A model generated the notes under the pieces. The model searched no databases. It was not told the DNA's origin and was given only the letters and a program-made list of their open reading frames with translations. Positions 27,701 to 35,631 of a DNA stretch of 64,000 nucleotides are shown piece after piece. The translations under genes were made by a program, and so were the position numbers. The stretch spans positions 12,320 through 76,319 of the forward strand of contig JAZKGK010000112.1 of the NCBI GenBank assembly GCA_040385915.1, read 5' to 3'. The first letter of the stretch is position 1. Each line of letters starts with the position of its first letter. The stretch comes from Bacteroidota bacterium. Lineage in GTDB: Bacteria; Bacteroidota; Bacteroidia; Cytophagales; ES-bin-26.

Positions 27701-30503
27701 TAGTAGCGGTATACGTCAAGCTACCTGTTGCCAGTAACTGGCCATTTGTCGGACTGTCATACCAGAATGCCGTAGTACCCCCGCTGGTTATAAGAGCTGT
27801 GGGGTCATTGCCACACGTGGTGGCATTGGCCAGTGGAGGCGACACAAACCCACTCACGTAGCGAGTAGCCTCATAAACGTCGTTGGTGGGGTCAGCATCC
27901 TGTGCCAGGGTAGTACTGCTGGTAAAAGAATAGCGTTTCCCTGGCTCTGCATTGAAAGTGCCTTTCAACACAACAGATGCCTCATTTTCTGGAGGCAGCG
28001 ATCCCAGGTATGTGCCGTTTAAGGTAGCCACCACCGGGCCATTTTCTTCCCTTATCACAGTAGTCACTTGTACTTTGGTTTGCGTATCCTGCCCCATGTT
28101 CTTTATCAACACAGTCACGCCACCTGCCTCTGCATTAGCACAGAAATTCGTTTCAGGATAGGTTTGTTCTACTACGCCTACATCGTTGGCTGGGGTGCCA
28201 AAGGTAATGCGATAATCCTGGGTTTCTCCCTGCAGGTAATTACCACAGGCGGCTACCTGGCTTGCACTACTGGTTTCTGTACATACCACCCGTATAATCG
28301 AAGAGTGACCAGGAATAATACCCGGCGGAACGGTTACGGTGGTCTGGTATTGTTCGGTTCCGTTAATCAGGGGCGTAGTGGCCATCAACTCATTGCTATC
28401 ATCAAAGTCGGCATCACCATTCCAATCAATAAACACCTTCCCTATTTTATCGGTATTGGCTCCACAAGTACCTAAAGTAAGGCTCAAGGGAAGCGTCTGG
28501 TTAGCGGTAACGCTGGTAGTAAGGTAGGTGGCATTGGTATAGGTAGCACAATTGCCAGCCGAGGCATTTTGTATCGTACCAAACACAAACTCATTGATTT
28601 TTGAATCAGCCTCAGACGTGGCACCCGACGTGCAATAGGCTTTTCCACCAAGGCCACTAACGATAAGCGAATAAGCCTGTGGCCCCTTTTGCAAGGTTCC
28701 TTTGTGCAAGACACTCACCATATAGGTTTTCCCTGGCACGGCATTCGGAATAAATACTTTTTCTACGTTATCGCGGATATTGTCGCCAGGAACGGCAGCA
28801 TTGGCCGGATTGTCGGGGTCTAAAGTCCAGGGCAAATACGTATTTTGTCCCTCACTGATGCGTAAATCCAGGTCATTGACCAGTTTGGGCGTACGGTTGT
28901 TTACCGAGCTTGGCGTAAGCGGAGCAACGATCCCCTCGGGATCAGTCCAGCAAAGGGTTGCCTCCAAGGGTCCTTTGCCCGAAGCCACTATCTGAAATGT
29001 ATACGTTTGGTTTTGGGTTAGCTCTCGTTCCTGCATAAAATGATTGCCCCCAAAATTGGAAATAATGCTGGCCGCTTTTTCTGTATTGAGCAGCCCCCAG
29101 CCGTAAATATAATCTGGGCCGGGGCTATTGCCTGCTTCATTGGCTGTATGTAGGGCAAGTCCTTTCAGAGAAGCTGAACGCATAAAGTTGCCCTTGTTTA
29201 GCCGGGCATAGTGTTCTTGCAACAGCAACAGCGAACCAGTTACATTGGGCGAGGCCATAGAAGTGCCACTAGCAAAAAAATAGTTCTGGTCGCTGGCAAT
29301 ACCTGTAGAAAGTACATTGACGCCAATACCCACCAGATCGGGTTTAATCCGTCCATCGTCTGTAGGCCCCCAACTGCTGAAAGCGGAAATCACTACGTCA
29401 GAAGGTTTAGCATAACCATTGGGCATGCCATTGGCCGCTCCAACAGTCAGAATATTTTTTGCATTGCCATTGGTCGTCACAATATCGTATCCATCGTTGC
29501 GGCTACGGACAACCTCACTTTTGATATTGCTATTAGAGAGGAAGTAAGCGGTTCCCGCTGCCGGGCCGGTATCGGTGCGGTTGTTTCCGGCTGCTTTTAC
29601 AAGCAGGTAGTAAGGAGCGTTATAAGTAATTATATCCCAGTCGCGGCAAGTATTGGTATAAAAACCGAACTTCCAGTCGTACGTTTCACTGAGCGTCGGT
29701 TCGCCCCACCATTCCCAACCTCTCCCCGTGGCCCGCCAACCGCACAAACTGCCATAAGAGTGGTTAGAAACCAGTAATCCTGTCGCTGCGGTAGTTATTT
29801 CGGGAGTATCATTATTAAAATCCCACACTTTCAAATTAGCGGCATAAGCCATTCCTTTCGCAGCAGGATTCAAGCCGGAGGCCATCATCGTCCCCGCTAC
29901 ATGGGTGGCATGGTTTTCCAGCGAAAATGGATTGTCTTGATGCGTAATGCGGCCATTCAGTTCCAAGTGGGTAGATCGTACCCGGCCAGCATCCCAAATA
30001 CCTAGTCTTCCAGAAAGATTAATGCTGCCTCCGCTCAGGTTATAACCCGATCGGTTGCCTATCCAAAGGAGATTTGTGCGGGTATCGAAAGCTTCCAGGT
30101 TGTTGTAAGAGACATAATAATGGGCTTGCCCCATTTCGTCTAAGCCCTGTAGCGAAATGGTTGTGCCATTGGCATCCGTTTGTTGCAAAGGCCAATGGTA
30201 TTGTTTCGCTAACCGAAGTGCTTTTTCCCGGTTTAAAAAATCTTTGATACCAAAATTAGCTGCTAATGTTTGCAAAACCTGCGTTTGGGTACGCAACCGA
30301 TGGAGAGCCATGGTATCGATCGGAGCCGTATCTTTGGAAGTACGCTTAGCTGGAAAAAGGGAGAAAGATTTGGGCGCTGCCTTTGCCTGTTTCGTAGGGG
30401 CAATCCCTGGTATTTGTTGTAGGGAACGAATCAGCCTCTCCGCATCGGCAGAGCCACCTATGAACATCCCCATAAAAGCGAGCAAGAGTAGTTTTCTTTT
30501 CAC
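24771..30503 (-). CDS. Giant secreted S8 serine peptidase, paralog of 20514-24536, with many Ig-like modules and a T9SS C-terminal sorting domain
   Basis: HATHVAGT (His) and GTSMASPNVTG (Ser), with the same domain order as its neighbour plus extra Ig-like C..G modules. C-terminus LYPNPAQQRFVVKY...GVYFIKIMENGKVAVRTWVKE. The signal peptide KRKLLLLAFMGMFIGGSADA begins at an in-frame GTG (30503). The ATG at 30647 would add 48 non-signal residues. Confidence 0.85.
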   Translation of the reverse strand: MKRKLLLLAFMGMFIGGSADAERLIRSLQQIPGIAPTKQAKAAPKSFSLFPAKRTSKDTAPIDTMALHRLRTQTQVLQTLAANFGIKDFLNREKALRLAKQYHWPLQQTDANGTTISLQGLDEMGQAHYYVSYNNLEAFDTRTNLLWIGNRSGYNLSGGSINLSGRLGIWDAGRVRSTHLELNGRITHQDNPFSLENHATHVAGTMMASGLNPAAKGMAYAANLKVWDFNNDTPEITTAATGLLVSNHSYGSLCGWRATGRGWEWWGEPTLSETYDWKFGFYTNTCRDWDIITYNAPYYLLVKAAGNNRTDTGPAAGTAYFLSNSNIKSEVVRSRNDGYDIVTTNGNAKNILTVGAANGMPNGYAKPSDVVISAFSSWGPTDDGRIKPDLVGIGVNVLSTGIASDQNYFFASGTSMASPNVTGSLLLLQEHYARLNKGNFMRSASLKGLALHTANEAGNSPGPDYIYGWGLLNTEKAASIISNFGGNHFMQERELTQNQTYTFQIVASGKGPLEATLCWTDPEGIVAPLTPSSVNNRTPKLVNDLDLRISEGQNTYLPWTLDPDNPANAAVPGDNIRDNVEKVFIPNAVPGKTYMVSVLHKGTLQKGPQAYSLIVSGLGGKAYCTSGATSEADSKINEFVFGTIQNASAGNCATYTNATYLTTSVTANQTLPLSLTLGTCGANTDKIGKVFIDWNGDADFDDSNELMATTPLINGTEQYQTTVTVPPGIIPGHSSIIRVVCTETSSASQVAACGNYLQGETQDYRITFGTPANDVGVVEQTYPETNFCANAEAGGVTVLIKNMGQDTQTKVQVTTVIREENGPVVATLNGTYLGSLPPENEASVVLKGTFNAEPGKRYSFTSSTTLAQDADPTNDVYEATRYVSGFVSPPLANATTCGNDPTALITSGGTTAFWYDSPTNGQLLATGSLTYTATKPANNTYYVALNDFKGIVGAVEKAGFSGGSYAQHTAAVTFTTQVPLMLERARLYVGNSGQIKFTVENLQGYPISSTVLNVEATRTPEATGEAADDASDQGADYYLNLPIPAAGDYRLTVSYFNGATLYRSNAGVSGYPFTIPKIVSITGTTAGNSTYNYLYDLRVKSVGCPSPRIPVIADAAPEAVATISSAPSISFCQGDSWVLKANVAADLTYQWNKNGLGLEGATTDSLQVTEPGNYTVTVTNDNGCSKTSTAIAVTVDPNTSIAVNVIADSSPEVCPGNAINILLTAVTDLSPSLLRFQWQKNKVDILDATNAQYQATQPGSYTVRIGRLPCSVSISDSLVISHAAVDLVVANATICGGTGAAELTAQSNVGTVAWYDAPTGGDLQAIGNHFVTPVLNATKSYYATVNDFSAIVPSPTVSSGGEYSSETSSKLYFDAKVPFMLEKATLNINAPGSGLTTVTVTITDKNRSDNVIASTVLQVSSGVAEYPLDLFIPAAGDDYGIQLSEFVGTTQAYIITTPGAIHYPYEIAGLVTIKGNNQMTPANYYGYLYQWKVKSTGCATSSRSEVKVKVLASTPPQAILSSENQVICRGDLASLPLTLQGVAPWSITYTNGQIPITIDSIPSSPYSLLVSQAATYSLVSVNDGQSCVNGQVSGSATVSINELPTEYPSIIVSGPTTFCLGESVQLTASIGFEHYLWSTGETSNSIVIQQSGTYTVSGSIANCYGPLSDSIKVLVQPIIDQPIITANGPLSFCVGDSVTLSAPKAYDQYLWSTGESTPSITVKESGSFKVAVANVGCPGPVSELVIIEVNHNLPPKPEVATLGLRLMSSSTTGNQWFQDGHLIAGATQQAYAVSATGKYMVRVNQAGCEITSDEVSIIVTDLDNTSANGIELYPNPAQQRFVVKYPISQASSRVTATVYNAMGMELFAQELRAEQQVWHGIFEVAHLSQGVYFIKIMENGKVAVRTWVKE

Positions 30504-30674
30504 AAACCAGTTTGGTATTTTGAAAACTAAGGTAGAAAAACATTCCTTACTAAAGCGATGCAATACAGTAGGCTTCCCCTCTGTATGTAAGTAATTTCGC
30601 CACTTTGCCCCTATTGTCGCACAAGCACTTATAACCGCCCGCGACAAGTGTCCCTTTGGGAAATTATCAAATCG

Positions 30675-31421
30675 TTAATCGTTTTTATACGCCAGGGTAT
30701 AACGGGTAAAAAAGCTATTGATTTTCATTTGAATAACACCGATAATGGCTTCCCGAAATATGCCTTTGGACATTTTAGACTGACCTTTGGTACGGTCGGT
30801 GAAAATGATAGGCACCTCTACCAGACGGAAACCGTACTTCCAGGCGCGGAACTTCATTTCGATCTGGAAGGCATAACCCACAAAACGCATCTTGTCCAAT
30901 TCTATGTTTTCTAACACCCTGCGCCGGTAGCATTTGAACCCGGCAGTAGTATCATGAATGGGAAGGCCGGTAATGAACTGTACGTAACGACTGGCAAAAT
31001 AAGAGAGCAACACACGGCTCATAGGCCAGTTAATCACATTCACGCCGTTGCTGTAGCGGGAGCCAATAGCTACATCATTGCCGCCTTCGGCACAGGCGCG
31101 GTATAAATGAATCAAATCTTCGGGGTTGTGCGAAAAATCGGCATCCATTTCAAAAATATATTCGTAACCGTGCTGCAAAGCATAATTGAAGCCGTGGAGG
31201 TAAGCCGTACCTAAACCCATCTTGCCTTTCCGTTCCTGCAAATACAATTGATGGGGAAATTCCTCTTGCAGTTCTTTAATCCGAGTAGCCGTTCCGTCAG
31301 GAGAGCCATCATCAATAATGAGTAGGTCGAAGGGCAAAGGCAGCGAAAATACGGTACGAATAATCGCTTCTATATTTTCGATTTCATTATAGGTAGGGAT
31401 AATTACAAGACGAGCCTTCAA
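30675..31421 (-). CDS. GT2 polyprenol-phosphate mannosyl/glycosyltransferase (Dpm1-like)
   Basis: 248 aa. VIIPTYNEIENI...LLIIDDGSPDGT...FEMDADFSH are classic GT2/DPM1 motifs. Confidence 0.85.
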   Translation of the reverse strand: MKARLVIIPTYNEIENIEAIIRTVFSLPLPFDLLIIDDGSPDGTATRIKELQEEFPHQLYLQERKGKMGLGTAYLHGFNYALQHGYEYIFEMDADFSHNPEDLIHLYRACAEGGNDVAIGSRYSNGVNVINWPMSRVLLSYFASRYVQFITGLPIHDTTAGFKCYRRRVLENIELDKMRFVGYAFQIEMKFRAWKYGFRLVEVPIIFTDRTKGQSKMSKGIFREAIIGVIQMKINSFFTRYTLAYKND

Positions 31422-31596
31422 GAGTGAATGATTGGATGGATGAAAAAATAGACTTTTTAGCCCTTAGCAATTTACTCTGCCGTGATGCTTACTTTATGCC
31501 AAATGCAAATATGCTGATGTGCAGGGTAGAAAAGTAAAGACAAAGCAATAATTTAACAAAATTTAAGGATATTCTTCCTCAAGTAAGCTGAACTTC

Positions 31597-31950
31597 TCAG
31601 TCGATTTGCCCTAGTTTTTCCCTTACACTTAAACTATCCACTACTGCCTGGTAAATTTCATCCAGGTAATCGGTATTCTCCAGATAAAACTCAAAGCTTT
31701 TCCGATAGACAACAGAATCCACCTTATATTTCTTAAAAATCTTTGATTCGTAGGCTTTATATAACGCTTGCGTAGAATCGGGAGACCGAAAACTAACCCG
31801 ATCCGCTTTTGCCTCGGCAATGTGAACATTCATTAAGATTTTCGCCATTATTTCCTGGCTCAAAATGCCTGGCGGCGGCTGCGGACGTTCAACACAGGCT
31901 ACCACTACTAGGCAAAGAAAGAGGCAGGGCAATACATACTTTTTCATCAT
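31597..31950 (-). CDS. DUF4296-like small lipoprotein
   Basis: 117 aa. Lipoprotein signal MMKKYVLPCLFLCLVVVAC, then ILSQEIMAKILMNVHIAEAK, which is typical of Bacteroidota DUF4296. Confidence 0.55.
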   Translation of the reverse strand: MMKKYVLPCLFLCLVVVACVERPQPPPGILSQEIMAKILMNVHIAEAKADRVSFRSPDSTQALYKAYESKIFKKYKVDSVVYRKSFEFYLENTDYLDEIYQAVVDSLSVREKLGQID

Positions 31951-32241
31951 GAGAATGGGTAGTCGATTATCGATTATACACGCCTAATGGAAATGCCATA
32001 AGAGCAAAAAGCCTAACAACGGGATATGGGCATATGTATGTAAACAAAGATAAGCGTTTGGCTGCATACATTCTGTGTACTGTAGCCCATGAGGCCTTAA
32101 ATTAGCATTATTTAGCAAGCAATTATCGGCGCACTTTACTAAATGAGCAAAATTTTCGGGAAATAACTGCGAGGAAATTGCACTTGCGTGCGAACGAAAA
32201 AGAATATATTTGAAGCCTCTATTAATCTTATCTCTTCTTCC

Positions 32242-33393
32242 ATGATGAAAAAAATTAAAGTAGGTGTAGCTGGCCTGGGGTTTATTGGACCAGCCCACAT
32301 CGAAGCACTCCGGCGACTTCCTGACGTAGAAGTGGTGGCCATCAACGACTTTAGTGCCGAATATGCGAAAGCAAAAGCAGAAATTTTGGGTATTGACAAA
32401 TCGTATGGTGATTTCAATGAGTTATTAGCCGATCCGGAAATAGAATGCGTACACATTTGTACACCCAATTTCCTTCACTTTCCCATGGCCAAAAGTGCCT
32501 TGCTGGCAGGCAAGCACGTAGTGTGCGAAAAGCCCCTGGCCAATACCGTAGCCGAAGCAGCGGAATTAGTCGAACTGGCCAAAAAGTCGGGGCTGGTCAA
32601 TGCGCTTCATTTCAATATCCGGTATTATCCTTTGGTGCGCCAAATGAAGGCCATGCGCGAAAAAGGTGAACTGGGACAAGTACACTCCATCATTGGTACG
32701 TATTTGCAGGATTGGCTTTTTTACGAAACAGACTACAACTGGCGCCTGGAACCCGATAAGTCGGGCGAGTCGCGTGCCATTGCCGACATTGGCTCGCACC
32801 TCATGGACTTGATTGAATACATCTCTGGCCTGGAAATTACGGCGGTCATGGCTGATTTTGCTACCATCCATCCTCAGCGGAAAAAGCCAACCAAGCCCAT
32901 CGAAACCTATTCTGGCAAGATGATACAACCGGAAGATTATCAGGATGTTCCTATTACCACGGAAGACTACGCTACGGTGATGCTGAAGTTCAACGATGGC
33001 AGCAAGGGCGTAGTGACAGTAAGCCAGGTGTCGGCTGGTAGGAAAAACCGCATCGAACTGGAAATTTCGGGCTCGAAAGAAACCCTGAACTGGTGTTCAG
33101 AATCGCCCAATAATCTATGGATCGGTAAGCGCGAAAAAGCGAATGAAATGCTGATGCGTGACCCATCGCTGGTGCACCGCGAAACCGCCAGCCTGATTTC
33201 CTTCCCCGGCGGACATAACGAGGGCTTCCCCGATACTTCGAAACAATTATTCAAAGAGGTCTACAAGGCGGTTCACGAGGGCAAACAGCCGGAGAATCCG
33301 TCTTATCCCACCTTTGCCGATGGCTTGAGAGAATTAATCTTATGCGAAAAAATTATTGAAAGCAATCGCAAGCAAGCTTGGGTAAAAATCTAA
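32242..33393 (+). CDS. Gfo/Idh/MocA-family NAD(P)-dependent oxidoreductase
   Basis: MMKKIKVGVAGLGFIGPAH Rossmann N-terminus and the EKPLA motif (VVCEKPLANT). The ORF-track start at 32188 looks like a spurious extension. Confidence 0.85.
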   Translation: MMKKIKVGVAGLGFIGPAHIEALRRLPDVEVVAINDFSAEYAKAKAEILGIDKSYGDFNELLADPEIECVHICTPNFLHFPMAKSALLAGKHVVCEKPLANTVAEAAELVELAKKSGLVNALHFNIRYYPLVRQMKAMREKGELGQVHSIIGTYLQDWLFYETDYNWRLEPDKSGESRAIADIGSHLMDLIEYISGLEITAVMADFATIHPQRKKPTKPIETYSGKMIQPEDYQDVPITTEDYATVMLKFNDGSKGVVTVSQVSAGRKNRIELEISGSKETLNWCSESPNNLWIGKREKANEMLMRDPSLVHRETASLISFPGGHNEGFPDTSKQLFKEVYKAVHEGKQPENPSYPTFADGLRELILCEKIIESNRKQAWVKI

Positions 33394-33397
33394 AGCG

Positions 33398-33448
33398 AAT
33401 CCCTGAATAGCCTCGAAAGAACCTTGTATTTGAGCCTGTTCAGGGATT
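33398..33448 (+). terminator. Probable rho-independent terminator (10-bp stem, large loop, T-run)
   Basis: aatccctgaa (33398-33407) pairs with ttcagggatt (33439-33448) and is followed by ttt. It begins 5 nt after the stop at 33393. Confidence 0.5.
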
Positions 33449-33545
33449 TTTACAGAAAAGCTCGTAAAATAATGCCATTTATCACCATTCAATTGTGATA
33501 ATACCCGTATGCATGGGATATTGTTTTAAACTTATTCTAACGACG

Positions 33546-34253
33546 ATGAAAAAGCTAAAAACCTTTCTTTTCCTGATGACGGGTGTATTATTGGGGCAAC
33601 TCGGCTTTGCTCAACAAACCCGCGACGTACCGGTAGGCACCTTTCAAAAATTGACTTTGCAAGGAAGCATACAGGCAGAACTTGTCCATGGCGACAAGGC
33701 ACAAGTAAAAATTATCGGTTCGGAAGAGGACATCGATGAAGTGTCTATCATTACCACGGGTAACGAGTTGGCTATTAAGACCAAGAGCCTGGATTTCAGC
33801 AACCATGACAACAAAAATCGCAAGCGGATCAAGGTCATTGTCACGTTTGATGCCCTGAGCCAGCTTCATACAGGGCGCGGGGCTGAGGTGAAGGTAAAAA
33901 CGGTGGTAATGGCCGATGATTTAGAAGTAGAAGCCCATTCTGGTAGCATCGTAACGATGGACGTGCTCGCCACCAATTTACGCGTAGAAGTAGGCGAAGG
34001 AGCCTTAGCAACCCTTTCCGGCAAAGCGACCACTCAGAAAACGCTCGTGAGTACGGGCGGCCAATTGAATGCCAAGAACTTATCTAGTGAAACAGTAAAC
34101 ATTCGTACCAATACCGGAGGAAACGCGGAAGTGGCGGCTAGCAAAAGTCTGGAAGCCTCTGCGGGTACGGGCGGCAATATTCGCTACAAAGGCAATCCTG
34201 CCAAAAGCGACATCAATACCTCGCTGGGCGGCTCCATCAGTCAGTTACGGTAG
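33546..34253 (+). CDS. DUF2807/GIN-domain (putative adhesin head) secreted protein
   Basis: Signal peptide MKKLKTFLFLMTGVLLGQLGFAQ. Repetitive beta-solenoid-like segments end in GGNIRYKGNPAKSDINTSLGGSI, typical of GIN/DUF2807 proteins. Confidence 0.6.
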   Translation: MKKLKTFLFLMTGVLLGQLGFAQQTRDVPVGTFQKLTLQGSIQAELVHGDKAQVKIIGSEEDIDEVSIITTGNELAIKTKSLDFSNHDNKNRKRIKVIVTFDALSQLHTGRGAEVKVKTVVMADDLEVEAHSGSIVTMDVLATNLRVEVGEGALATLSGKATTQKTLVSTGGQLNAKNLSSETVNIRTNTGGNAEVAASKSLEASAGTGGNIRYKGNPAKSDINTSLGGSISQLR

Positions 34254-34273
34254 TACGCTGTAATCTCAATCTA

Positions 34274-34342
34274 GTGGTGCCACGACTCTAGCGAGGACTC
34301 TAGCGAGGACTCTAGCGATAACGGTTATAGTCGTGGCACCAC
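34274..34342. repeat. 69-bp palindromic intergenic element, copy 2
   Basis: It has the same 14-bp terminal stem and the same 12-mer tandem array as 2281-2349, with the third 12-mer carrying one substitution. It is 66/69 identical; the three substitutions are all in the inner right part. It starts 21 nt after the stop at 34253. Confidence 0.85.
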
Positions 34343-34441
34343 TTTATGACAAACCACTAGCACAATAGGCCACTGATTTCCTCTCGAGGGTTTTTCTCCT
34401 TACTTTCGTGGAAAACACGGTCAGGTGTGGCCAACCTTCTC

Positions 34442-35575
34442 ATGCTCAGTTTCTGGGAAAGCGAATCTTTTCTTTCTTACGATACCATTGTTATTGGCAG
34501 TGGCATCGTTGGGCTTTCTACGGCTATTTCTCTCAAAGAAAAAGCCCCTGAACGCTCCGTTTTGGTGCTGGAACGAGGGCTTTTCCCTACCGGAGCCAGC
34601 ACTCGGAATGCAGGTTTTGCCTGTTTTGGCTCACTTTCAGAGATCCTTTCCGACCTACAACAAGGCGGCATCGACAAAACGCTGGCCGTGATTGAAAAAC
34701 GGGTGTGTGGCCTGGCTCGGCTACGGGAACGCCTCGGCGATGCAGCCATAGATTACCAACCCGTAGGCGGATTTGAGCTTATCTTTGAACAAGCGTTGCC
34801 AGCACTCAGTCAGATTGAACTTGTTAATGAGCTGCTCCGAAAAGTTTATCCTGAAGGCGTGTATACAGACTGCCCCAAACTGGTGGCTCGCTTTGGCTTT
34901 CAACAGGCGTTGGTACGCAGTATGGTGTATAATCCGCACGAAGGCCACTTGCACACGGGCTTGCTGATGCGGGCGCTTCTGCGGCTGGCTCAGGAAAAAG
35001 GAGTGGAAATCCGTACTGGCGCTGAGGTAGTGGATATAGAGGAAAACGATTCGTGCATGAAAATACACGTGCAGGAGCTAACGCGAGGGCAAATTGCTTT
35101 TCGTGCCGAACAGGTCGCGGTCTGTACCAATGCTTTCACCCAAACTTTGCTGCCCCACACCACTATTTCTCCAGGACGCGGGCAGGTGATTATTACCAAA
35201 CCTGTACCCAATCTTCCCTGGGAAGGTGCTTTCCATTTCAACGAAGGATTTTATTATTTCCGCAATGTAGGCAATCGGGTACTGTTGGGTGGCGGCCGAA
35301 ACCTGGCATTTGAAGAAGAAACCTCCACGCAAATGCAGGCCAACCCCGTTATTCTGGCTGAACTGGAGCGTTTGCTGCGCGAAGTGATCTTACCGGGACA
35401 AGCCTGGGAATTAGCGCAACACTGGTCAGGCGTGATGGGTTTTTCGGACGACAAACAGCCAATCATGCAAAAAATATCGCCTCGATTGGTGCTGGGTTTT
35501 GCCTGCAATGGCATGGGCGTTTCGCTGGCCAGTACCGTGGGAGATGAAGTAGCCGACTTGCTTCTTGGCTCATAA
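34442..35575 (+). CDS. FAD-dependent oxidoreductase (DAO/glycine-oxidase-like)
   Basis: YDTIVIGSGIVGLSTAISL dinucleotide-binding motif near the N-terminus, about 378 aa. The ORF-track GTG at 34427 is an alternative to the ATG at 34442. Confidence 0.8.
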   Translation: MLSFWESESFLSYDTIVIGSGIVGLSTAISLKEKAPERSVLVLERGLFPTGASTRNAGFACFGSLSEILSDLQQGGIDKTLAVIEKRVCGLARLRERLGDAAIDYQPVGGFELIFEQALPALSQIELVNELLRKVYPEGVYTDCPKLVARFGFQQALVRSMVYNPHEGHLHTGLLMRALLRLAQEKGVEIRTGAEVVDIEENDSCMKIHVQELTRGQIAFRAEQVAVCTNAFTQTLLPHTTISPGRGQVIITKPVPNLPWEGAFHFNEGFYYFRNVGNRVLLGGGRNLAFEEETSTQMQANPVILAELERLLREVILPGQAWELAQHWSGVMGFSDDKQPIMQKISPRLVLGFACNGMGVSLASTVGDEVADLLLGS

Positions 35576-35586
35576 GGTTACCAAAA

Positions 35587-35620
35587 ATGGGTAGATGGGC
35601 TTATCCGCGCGTCTACCCAT
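35587..35620 (-). terminator. Rho-independent terminator of the M1 peptidase gene
   Basis: atgggtaga / 16-nt loop / tctacccat forms a 9-bp stem. On the minus strand it is followed by TTTTTGG. It sits 12 nt after the stop at 35632. Confidence 0.6.
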
Positions 35621-35631
35621 CCATCATCCAT

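Noticed and set aside
30504-30647. 48-codon 5' extension of the 1958-aa peptidase ORF from the ATG at 30647.
   Set aside because: The extension (MSRAVISACATIGAKWRNYLHTEG...) is not signal-like, whereas a typical signal peptide starts at the in-frame GTG at 30503. The same reasoning applies to 24537-24641 for the neighbouring peptidase.
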